This document shows, in pieces, positions 57,039 to 64,000 of a stretch of DNA of 64,000 nucleotides; within the stretch, counting starts at the first letter, position 1; each line of letters opens with the position of its first letter. The stretch is from an uncultured bacterium (GTDB lineage: Bacteria > Actinomycetota > Acidimicrobiia > Spongiisociales > UBA4744): assembly GCA_963827865.1 (NCBI GenBank), contig CAWHCO010000005.1, positions 43,068-107,067 on the forward strand. The letters run 5' to 3'. The notes beneath the pieces were generated by a model that was not told the origin of the DNA, ran no database searches, and was given only the letters and a program-made list of their open reading frames with translations. Made by a program: the position numbers and the translations under genes.

Positions 57039-58061
57039 TCACAGCCGGGCGTGGAGTCGCTTCGCCTGCTCTCGAGCTCTCGCCCGGATCTCCTTCGCGT
57101 CGACCTTCGTCGGGCTGCCATTCTCGAACACGACCTCGCCGTCCACCACGACCTTCAGAGGTCGGACACCTGGGGTGAACGCGAGGTGCCACGGGTCCAT
57201 CGGTTCGTAGGACCACGTCACTTCGTCCTCGAGCGCCTCCGGCGCGAGGTTCCATCCTTCCTCGAGCCACTTCCACGCTGTCTCAGGCGATGCGGTCACG
57301 TCGACGGACCGATGCATGACGTAGGCGAGGCGGAACGACTCGATCATCGCGGCGCCGATCCCGTCCGTGCCGAGCGCAACGGGATTGTCGAATCGCACCG
57401 GGTTCGCGTACCCCACGGCGTTGTTCAGGTTGGACCGAGGGTTGTGCACGATCGTGCCATGGAGTTCGTGGTCGGTCGGCAGATGCACGGCGTGGATCAG
57501 CAGCCAGTCGTCGGTTGCGAGCCCTTGGAGCTTGAACGTCGCGTCCCTATCGACTTCGCCTTCTGCGACATGGACGTGGACACCGACTCTCAGATCGTTG
57601 GCGAGTCCGGCGGCGGCCTCCAGGCTTTCATCGGTGCAGGTGAACGCTGCGTGGATACCGACGAGCCCGTTGCCACCTGCCTTGATGAAGCGTTCGTTCT
57701 CTGCGAGTCCCCTCAGGGCCCCTTCATGCCCGTGCCTGTCGGTGATCCCGTAGGCGCAGACGACCCGTACGCCGACCTCGGCACACGCGTCTGCGATCAC
57801 CGACAGACTGCCTTCGATCGCGTTCGGCGACTCGTTGTGATCGATGATGACGGTGGTTCCCTGTTCGAGCGCCTCGAGTGCGCCGAGTTTGGCGGACCAC
57901 TCGATCATCTCGAGGTCGAGGGCGGTGTCGAGCCTCCACCAGACCTGCTCGAGGATCTCGAGGAAGTTGGCTGGGGTGGCCGGCGGTGCGGGCATGCCTC
58001 GTGCGAGCGTCGAATACAGGTGGTGGTGTGCGCACACCATGCCAGGGGTGGTCGATGCCAT
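57039..58061 (-). CDS. SsnA-like amidohydrolase, short form lacking the usual N-terminal segment
   Basis: 340 aa. It starts MASTTPGMVCAHHHLYSTLARGMPAPPATPANFLEILEQVWWRLDTAL. GGGAGGAGG lies 5 nt upstream of the ATG at 58061, and only 19 nt separate it from the upstream stop. Confidence 0.7.
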   Translation of the reverse strand: MASTTPGMVCAHHHLYSTLARGMPAPPATPANFLEILEQVWWRLDTALDLEMIEWSAKLGALEALEQGTTVIIDHNESPNAIEGSLSVIADACAEVGVRVVCAYGITDRHGHEGALRGLAENERFIKAGGNGLVGIHAAFTCTDESLEAAAGLANDLRVGVHVHVAEGEVDRDATFKLQGLATDDWLLIHAVHLPTDHELHGTIVHNPRSNLNNAVGYANPVRFDNPVALGTDGIGAAMIESFRLAYVMHRSVDVTASPETAWKWLEEGWNLAPEALEDEVTWSYEPMDPWHLAFTPGVRPLKVVVDGEVVFENGSPTKVDAKEIRARAREQAKRLHARL

Positions 58062-58080
58062 AGAACCTCCTCCCGCAAAC

Positions 58081-60630
58081 CTACCCGCTGCGTGCCAGCG
58101 GGAGCGTGTTCCTCCAGGCGCCGTCTCGGTCGTGCATTGCTGCGGCGACCGCCGGCGCGGTCGGGACCAGCCCGATCTCGCCGACGCCCTTCACGCCGTA
58201 CGGGGCGTTCGGTTGGGGCACCTCGATGATGATGACGTCAACGTTCGGCATGTCCTTGGCACGCAGAATGCCGAGGCTGCGGAAGGTCATGTTGATAGGC
58301 CGTCCTGAGTCGTCGACGGGGAAGTCCTCGGAGAGGGCGTACCCGAGGCCCATGTGGACAGCACCTTCGATCTGTCCTTCGACGAGGGTCGGATTGACCG
58401 CCTTTCCCACGTCGTGCGCTGCGACGACCCGCTCGATCTCGCCCGTTTCGCGATCCATGATGACCACCTGCGCGGCGTATCCGAACGCGGAGTGAATGGT
58501 CGGATGCTCGACACCGGATTCGAGTGAGTTCGTCCAGTCAATGACGTACTGGCCGTGGTGGTCGACTCCCACCGTCCTACCTGCCGCGATCGCGTTCCGG
58601 CAGGCGTCTTGGATCGCTCCCGCGCCGAGCAGCGTGCCCCGCGAACCGGTCGTCTGTCCGTCGCCTAGCTCCCTCGTGGTGTCGACGATCACCCGGACGT
58701 TCGCCGTGTCGACGCCGAGTTCCTCGGCCGCGACCTGCTGGGCGACCGTGTGGATGCCTTGGCCCATCTCGGTCCAGCAGTGGCGCACTTCCACGGTGCC
58801 GTCCTCTTCGAATCGAACAACAGCCCTCGACACCTCCTTGTACCCATTGCCGAGGCCGGTGTTCTTCAGCGCGAGGCCGAGCCCCACCGCCTTGCCTTCC
58901 GATCGGGCGTTGTGGTAGACGTCTTTGACGGCATCGAGGCACTCCGAAGCCCCTCGGCAGCCATCGTCCATGATCTGACCGGGGCCCCATTCGACGCCGG
59001 GGGTGATGACGTTGCGCGCTCTGATCTCCCAGCCGGAGATGCCGACGACTTCCGCCAGCCGATCGAGGGCCCCTTCCATGGCGAACTGTGCCTGGTTGGC
59101 ACCGAACCCTCGAAACGCTCCGCACACCGGGTTGTTGGTTCGCACCGCGATCGACTCGACGTCGACGTTTGGGACGACGTACGGACCGGTGGCGTGCCCT
59201 GCAGCGCGTTCGAGCACCTTCATACCGACGGAGGCATATGGGCCGGAGTCGCCGACGAGACGCGCCTTCACCGCGGTCAGCCGACCCTCCTCGTCGCATC
59301 CCACCTCGTACTCCAAGCGGATGGGGTGGCGTTTGGCGTGCATCAGGAGCGATTGCTCCCTGGTGAGTGTGCACTTGACGGGCCTTTGGAGGAGCCAGGC
59401 GGCGAGCGCGGTCTGGCCCTGGTTAGACATGTCCTCCTTGCCTCCGAACGCCCCTCCGTTCGAGACGAGCTCCACCGTGACTGTGTCGCTCGATACGGCG
59501 AGCAGTGCGGCGATCTGATCGCGGTCGTCCCACACCCCTTGGCCGCCCGAGTAGACGTGGAGCTTGCCGCCCGGCATAGGCACGGCAAGGGTCGATTCAG
59601 GCTCCAGGAACGCGTGTTCGACCCGTTGGGTGGTGAACACCTCGTGGATCGTGTGTGCACTCGATTCGAGCACTGAGTCCACATGGCCGCGCTGGTAGGT
59701 AGAGCGCGACAAGACGTTGCCATCGAGTCCCCACACGGCATCCTCGTCCGATGCGAGCGCCTTCTCAGCGTTCGTGAACGGAGCAAGCGGGCGGTACTCG
59801 GCGGTGACCAGCTCGGCGGCACGGCGGGCCGTCTCCCGATCCTCGGCGACGACGACCGCAAGCACATCACCGAGATAGGACGTGCGGCCCCCTTCCGGGA
59901 TGAAGACGGGCCAGTCCTTGTCGATCAACCCGACGCGCAGCGTTCCCGGCAGATCCTTGGCTGTGAACACGCCGACGACACCATCGGCTTCTTCCGCGAT
60001 GCTGGTGTCGATGCGAAGGACGTCTGCACGAGCATGATCGGCGAGCCGGAGCGCTGCATGAAGCATCCCATCGACGCGCAGATCATCGATGAACCCCCTG
60101 CTCCCGAGAGCCAGTTCTCTCGCCTCGTACTTGGCGCCGGTCGAGCCGACCCCACCAGGCGGCGAGACTTCGATCGGGCCGTCGTGGGCGACTGCCTCGA
60201 TGGCTTCGAAGACCTTGAGGTAGCCGGTGCAACGGCAGAGGTTGGCCCCGAGGTGGCGTTGGAGGTCGCCGCGGGTGAGGTCCGCACCCTTCTTGTCGAT
60301 GAGGGCCTTCGATCGCATGATGATGCCCGGAGTGCAGAACCCGCACTGGGTAGCACCGTATGCAGCGAACGCGTCCGCGAAACGATCACGCTCCCAATCG
60401 GACAGCCCTTCGAGGGTGACGATGCTCGTTCCTTCGGCCTTGTCGACGTCCATCTGGCACGACACGCGAGCTTTGCCATCGACGAGGATCGTGCACGCAC
60501 CGCACTGACCCGAAGGCGAGCACCCGTCCTTGGGTGAGGTGACATCGAGTTCTTCGCGGAGTGCGGCCAGGAGATGCGGGTGGCCGTCCTGCACCTCGAC
60601 TGGAGTGCCGTTCAGCTCGAAGCGAGTCAT
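58081..60630 (-). CDS. Fused (2Fe-2S)-binding + molybdopterin-binding xanthine dehydrogenase family protein (XdhD-like architecture)
   Basis: About 850 aa. The N-terminal 150 aa are an FeS domain (CSPSGQCGACTILVDG, CGFCTPG, NLCRCTGY), fused directly to the hammerhead and Mo domains (NGGAFGGKED, GFGANQAQFAME). The start is either the ATG at 60630 or the GTG at 60639. Confidence 0.85.
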   Translation of the reverse strand: MTRFELNGTPVEVQDGHPHLLAALREELDVTSPKDGCSPSGQCGACTILVDGKARVSCQMDVDKAEGTSIVTLEGLSDWERDRFADAFAAYGATQCGFCTPGIIMRSKALIDKKGADLTRGDLQRHLGANLCRCTGYLKVFEAIEAVAHDGPIEVSPPGGVGSTGAKYEARELALGSRGFIDDLRVDGMLHAALRLADHARADVLRIDTSIAEEADGVVGVFTAKDLPGTLRVGLIDKDWPVFIPEGGRTSYLGDVLAVVVAEDRETARRAAELVTAEYRPLAPFTNAEKALASDEDAVWGLDGNVLSRSTYQRGHVDSVLESSAHTIHEVFTTQRVEHAFLEPESTLAVPMPGGKLHVYSGGQGVWDDRDQIAALLAVSSDTVTVELVSNGGAFGGKEDMSNQGQTALAAWLLQRPVKCTLTREQSLLMHAKRHPIRLEYEVGCDEEGRLTAVKARLVGDSGPYASVGMKVLERAAGHATGPYVVPNVDVESIAVRTNNPVCGAFRGFGANQAQFAMEGALDRLAEVVGISGWEIRARNVITPGVEWGPGQIMDDGCRGASECLDAVKDVYHNARSEGKAVGLGLALKNTGLGNGYKEVSRAVVRFEEDGTVEVRHCWTEMGQGIHTVAQQVAAEELGVDTANVRVIVDTTRELGDGQTTGSRGTLLGAGAIQDACRNAIAAGRTVGVDHHGQYVIDWTNSLESGVEHPTIHSAFGYAAQVVIMDRETGEIERVVAAHDVGKAVNPTLVEGQIEGAVHMGLGYALSEDFPVDDSGRPINMTFRSLGILRAKDMPNVDVIIIEVPQPNAPYGVKGVGEIGLVPTAPAVAAAMHDRDGAWRNTLPLARSG

Positions 60631-60722
60631 CGGCCACACCTTACGCGCCCGAGGGCGGTTGTGCCCCCGCTACCCGGCTCTCGGAGAGACGACACCTCGG
60701 GAGCGCTAGCATCTGATCTCGG

Positions 60723-61538
60723 ATGATCACCGAGTACGTGCGCTCCGGCTCCGTCGAAGAAGCCTTCGGGCTGCTGACATCGCTCGGATCCAGGGCGCGC
60801 CTGATGGGCGGAGGAACCGACCTCTCCCTCCACCCCCCTGCAGAGGTCGACACGCTCATCGACCTCTCAGGAGCGTCGCTCGACGGCATCACTCGTGACG
60901 ATGGAACCATCTCGATCGGCGCCACGGTCACGTTGACCGAGATGCTCGAGTATGAACCGCTCGGCAGCGTCTGGTCGGGTGTTGTGCACACAATGCTCCG
61001 ACGGGTTGCGTCTCCCCTCCACCGCAACGCTGCTTCGATCGGTGGCCATCTGGCGAGGGGACGCCTGTCGGACGTGGTGCCCGTGATGCTCGCGATCGAC
61101 GCGTCGGTGAAGTTCTATGACGGTGCAGCGAAACAGATGCCACTCGGGGAGTTCTATTCGACGAGACGCAACAGGCAGCCGTTGGTCGTGACCGGTGTGG
61201 AGATCCCCGTCGATGGTGGCAGGGCCGCATTCCGGAAGTTCGCCCGTACCACGTATGACCTGGCGATCCTCAATGTGGCGTGTGGAGTCCGCTTCGAAGG
61301 CGCCGTTGTTTCGTCCGCGAGGATCGTTGTCGGCGAACGACCGAGCCTCGCTGTAGATCTCGGTGACGCGTCGCAGGTCCTGGTCGGCCATCCCTTCGAT
61401 GAGGATTCGATAGCGGAGGCCGCCCGTGTCGCGAGGGACACGGTCGACGTTCGCTCCGATCCCAGGGGAAGCGCCGAGTATCGCCGGCACCTCACCGAGG
61501 TGCTCGTTCGTCGTTGTCTCTCGGAGGTTGGCCCATGA
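60723..61538 (+). CDS. FAD-binding subunit of molybdenum hydroxylase (YgfM/CoxM-like)
   Basis: 271 aa. MGGGTDLSLH, ASIGGHLARG, and the C-terminal CO dehydrogenase flavoprotein-like region (DPRGSAEYRRHL). Confidence 0.8.
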   Translation: MITEYVRSGSVEEAFGLLTSLGSRARLMGGGTDLSLHPPAEVDTLIDLSGASLDGITRDDGTISIGATVTLTEMLEYEPLGSVWSGVVHTMLRRVASPLHRNAASIGGHLARGRLSDVVPVMLAIDASVKFYDGAAKQMPLGEFYSTRRNRQPLVVTGVEIPVDGGRAAFRKFARTTYDLAILNVACGVRFEGAVVSSARIVVGERPSLAVDLGDASQVLVGHPFDEDSIAEAARVARDTVDVRSDPRGSAEYRRHLTEVLVRRCLSEVGP

Positions 61539-62002
61539 ACCTCACGGTGAATGGTGTCGGGTTCGACGTGGAGGTCACACCTTCCGAGAGTCTGCTGGAC
61601 CTGCTGCGACGGCTCGGATTCAAGGGTGTGAAGAACGGCTGCGACAACGGAGATTGCGGGGCGTGCGCCGTGCTGATCGACGGCAGGGCTGTCACGTCGT
61701 GCGACTACCCGGCGCCGGCCGCGGCCAACACCAACATCCTGACCGTGGAAGGTCTCGAAGCCGAGGGTGAGCTGCACCCGATCCAAGCTGCGTTCCTCGA
61801 CACAGGCGGGGTCCAGTGCGGCTTCTGCACCCCGGGGATGCTGATCAGCGCCTACGAGCTGCTGAGTCGGGTCTCTGAGCCTTCAGATGACGAAATACGC
61901 GAAGCGCTGCGCGGAAATCTGTGCCGCTGCACGGGCTACGTGAAACCGGTGGAGGCCGTCAGGATCGCTGCTGCGAGGATGCGGGAGGCGGACGGTGGCT
62001 GA
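61535..62002 (+). CDS. (2Fe-2S)-binding subunit of xanthine dehydrogenase family enzyme (set 3)
   Basis: The ATG at 61535 forms an ATGA overlap with the FAD subunit stop. MNLTVNGVGFDVEV, CDNGDCGACAVLIDG, CGFCTPG, NLCRCTGY. Confidence 0.9.
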   Translation: MNLTVNGVGFDVEVTPSESLLDLLRRLGFKGVKNGCDNGDCGACAVLIDGRAVTSCDYPAPAAANTNILTVEGLEAEGELHPIQAAFLDTGGVQCGFCTPGMLISAYELLSRVSEPSDDEIREALRGNLCRCTGYVKPVEAVRIAAARMREADGG

Positions 62003-64000
62003 TCGGTTCGTCGTCGTCGGTCAGAGCGAGCGTCGTGTGGATGGGCGTGCCCTCGTGACGGGCAAACCGGTGTTTGCCGGCGACCTCGACCTTCCCGGCA
62101 TGCTGCATCTCGCGATGCTCGGTTCGCCGCACCCGCATGCACGTATCACCTCGATCTCGACGGAGCGGGCGGAGGCACTCGAAGGGGTGGAGCTCGTGCT
62201 GACGCATTTGAATACACCGTCGGTCCGCTACACGACCGCTGGGCAAGGGCATCCGGAGCCGTCTCCATACGATTCGCGGATGTTCGACCCGAAGGTCCGC
62301 TTCGTCGGGGATCGTGTAGCCGTTGTCGCCGCCACGTCGAAGGAGATTGCAGAACGTGCGCTGGAGCTCATCGCGGTCGAGTACGAACCGCTGACGCCCG
62401 TCCTGTCGATCGACGACGCGCTCGCCGACGGGGCGCCGGTCATCCACGACGAGGCGGACGCGTCGGGGATCTGGGACGCCGAACACAACATCGCAGGAGT
62501 GGTCGAGGCCGACGTCGGCGATGTCGATACGGCGATCGAGTCGGCGTTTGCGAGTGTCGAGTTCACGGGAGAGACCCAGTACGCGCAACACGTCCCACTC
62601 GAGCCGCACGTATCGCTGGCCTACCTCGACGACAACGGACGGCTGGTGCTCTACACGAGCACCCAGGTTCCCTTCCACGTGCGTCGGATCATCGCACGCG
62701 TCCTCGACATCCCGGCCGGACAGATCAGGGTCATCAAGCCTCGCATCGGAGGAGGCTTCGGCGTGAAACAGGAGATCCTCATCGAGGACCTCGTCGGACT
62801 CGTCACCTACCGGACCGGTCGGCCGTCCAAGTTCGAGTACACCCGAGCCGAGGAGTTCTTCCAGTCCCGCACCCGGCATCCGATGCGGGTGACGATCCGG
62901 CTGGGAGCCGACAAGGACGGACACCTGACCGCGGTGCACATGGACGCCCTCGAGAACACAGGTGCCTACGGGGCCCACAATCTGACCGTTGTATCCAACG
63001 CCGGCTCGAAGACACTGCCCATGTACAACAAAGCACCGAACGTGCGATTCACGGCCAAGGGCATCTACACCAACATGCCCGTCGGCGGCGCCTACCGGGG
63101 CTACGGTGCGACGCAAGGGATCTTTCCGCTCGAAGTGGGCATCGACATGCTCGCCGAGAAGCTCGGTATCGACGCACTCGAGCTTCGACGTCGCAACCAC
63201 ATCCGCTCCGGCGAGACCAGTCCCATCTTCGAGGAGCTCGGCGAGGGCCGGAAGGGCGTGCCGCAGACGATCGGCAGCTGCGGCCTCGAACGATGCATCG
63301 ACATCGGGGCCGAACGGATCGGCTGGTCGGCCAAGCGCAGCAAGCGCTTCCGTGAGGGGCCCTGGGTGCACGGTGTCGGCATGTCCATCCACATGCAGGG
63401 CTCGGGGATTCCCGCGATCGACATGGCCGCGGCGACCATCAAGATGAACGACGACGGTTCGTTCAACCTGCTGGTCGGCGCGACCGATCTCGGAACGGGC
63501 TCGGACACCGTTCTCGCACAAATGGCCGCCGAAGTCCTCGGCGTCACCCTCGACGACATCATCGTCCTTTCATCCGATACCGACGTGACCCCGTTCGATG
63601 TCGGCGCGTACGCGTCATCGACGACCTACGTGTCAGGCTCGGCGGTGGTGCGGGCCGCCACCGCCGTCAAGTCGCAAATCACCTCCGTCGCAGCGGCCAT
63701 GCTCAGGGTCGACGGTGATGAGCTCCAGGTGGGCGATGGCAGGGTCATAGCGAACGACGGTCGTACCGTCACGCTGGCGGACGTCGCACTACGGTCGCTG
63801 TACGGTGTCGACCAATTCCAGATCGGCTCGACCGCCTCGTTCGTCGGCGACGTCTCTCCCCCACCATTCCTCGCGTCGTTCGCCGAGATCGCAATCGACA
63901 CGGAGACCGGTGAACTGAGGATCGTCGACTACGCCGCTGCGGTGGACTGCGGAACGGCAATCAACCCGCGTCTTGCCGAGGGCCAGGCCGAGGGAGCTCT
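61995..64000 (+). CDS. Xanthine dehydrogenase family molybdopterin-binding subunit (set 3), partial, continues beyond right edge
   Basis: Absent from the track because it is open at the window end. GTG at 61995 behind GGGAGG reads VADRFVVVGQSERRVDGRALVTGKPVFAGD..., RIGGGFGVKQE, YRGYGATQG, GATDLGTGSDT, NPRLAEGQAEGA. Confidence 0.85.
   Translation, partial: MADRFVVVGQSERRVDGRALVTGKPVFAGDLDLPGMLHLAMLGSPHPHARITSISTERAEALEGVELVLTHLNTPSVRYTTAGQGHPEPSPYDSRMFDPKVRFVGDRVAVVAATSKEIAERALELIAVEYEPLTPVLSIDDALADGAPVIHDEADASGIWDAEHNIAGVVEADVGDVDTAIESAFASVEFTGETQYAQHVPLEPHVSLAYLDDNGRLVLYTSTQVPFHVRRIIARVLDIPAGQIRVIKPRIGGGFGVKQEILIEDLVGLVTYRTGRPSKFEYTRAEEFFQSRTRHPMRVTIRLGADKDGHLTAVHMDALENTGAYGAHNLTVVSNAGSKTLPMYNKAPNVRFTAKGIYTNMPVGGAYRGYGATQGIFPLEVGIDMLAEKLGIDALELRRRNHIRSGETSPIFEELGEGRKGVPQTIGSCGLERCIDIGAERIGWSAKRSKRFREGPWVHGVGMSIHMQGSGIPAIDMAAATIKMNDDGSFNLLVGATDLGTGSDTVLAQMAAEVLGVTLDDIIVLSSDTDVTPFDVGAYASSTTYVSGSAVVRAATAVKSQITSVAAAMLRVDGDELQVGDGRVIANDGRTVTLADVALRSLYGVDQFQIGSTASFVGDVSPPPFLASFAEIAIDTETGELRIVDYAAAVDCGTAINPRLAEGQAEGA

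Noticed and set aside
35144-64000. The purine cluster as a mobile genomic island.
   Set aside because: No integrase, transposase, tRNA attachment site or long flanking direct repeats were seen in the window. I cannot compute GC or codon statistics reliably by eye, so the region is described as an accessory metabolic cluster only.
58081-64000. Selenocysteine (in-frame TGA) or a SECIS element in the molybdenum hydroxylase genes, given the selenium-dependent label of the E. coli homologs.
   Set aside because: All three Mo-subunit reading frames are uninterrupted by stops. The selenium in that system is proposed to be a labile cofactor ligand, not selenocysteine. Nothing in the sequence supports recoding.
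1-64000. tRNA, rRNA, tmRNA, riboswitch or T-box leaders, checked for example upstream of thrS, hisS, aspS and the ABC importer.
   Set aside because: Intergenic gaps are mostly under 120 bp, and I could not recognise cloverleaf, T-box specifier or known riboswitch cores by eye. A covariance-model scan (tRNAscan-SE, Infernal/Rfam) is needed before absence can be claimed.

Overview
High-GC, actinobacterial-type chromosomal segment with dense coding and many ATGA/GTGA start-stop overlaps. No rRNA, tRNA, CRISPR array, transposase or integrase was recognised by eye. Positions 1-33000 are an almost entirely minus-strand housekeeping block. Its gene order is the one I remember from Mycobacterium and relatives: alaS, rarA, aspS, hisS, MBL hydrolase, relA, apt, secF, secD, yajC, ruvB, ruvA, ruvC, yebC, pdxT, pdxS, pimA-like GT, PIM acyltransferase-like, pgsA, then thrS. 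This backbone shows three local departures. (i) A trio of type IV pilin-like genes lies between relA and the MBL hydrolase. (ii) queA and tgt are fused into one 704-aa ORF. (iii) An EF-G paralog, a mitochondrial-type citrate synthase and an MMPL transporter sit between pgsA and thrS. Positions 32670-35159 hold a kinase-fold protein with degenerate catalytic motifs, two small zinc-ribbon ORFs and a patatin-like lipase. Positions 35144-64000 are the most interesting part, a roughly 29-kb purine-catabolism supercluster. It contains adenosine deaminase and an 8-oxoguanine/guanine-deaminase-like amidohydrolase. It has three xanthine-dehydrogenase-family enzyme sets, two split and one FeS-Mo fusion. 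It has a YgfK-like 1140-aa flavoprotein/FeS protein, a short SsnA-like amidohydrolase and a BMP-type ABC importer. It also has a tightly coupled six-gene operon: ATCase-like, OTCase-like, carbamate kinase, threonine-synthase-like, a 489-aa PLP enzyme and Zn-ADH. This operon looks like an uncharacterised ureido-compound/ATP-yielding branch. Four gene junctions inside this cluster carry 85-120 nt elements built from inverted arrays of 7-nt tandem repeats. All calls rest on reading the translations and sequence by eye; no searches were run.
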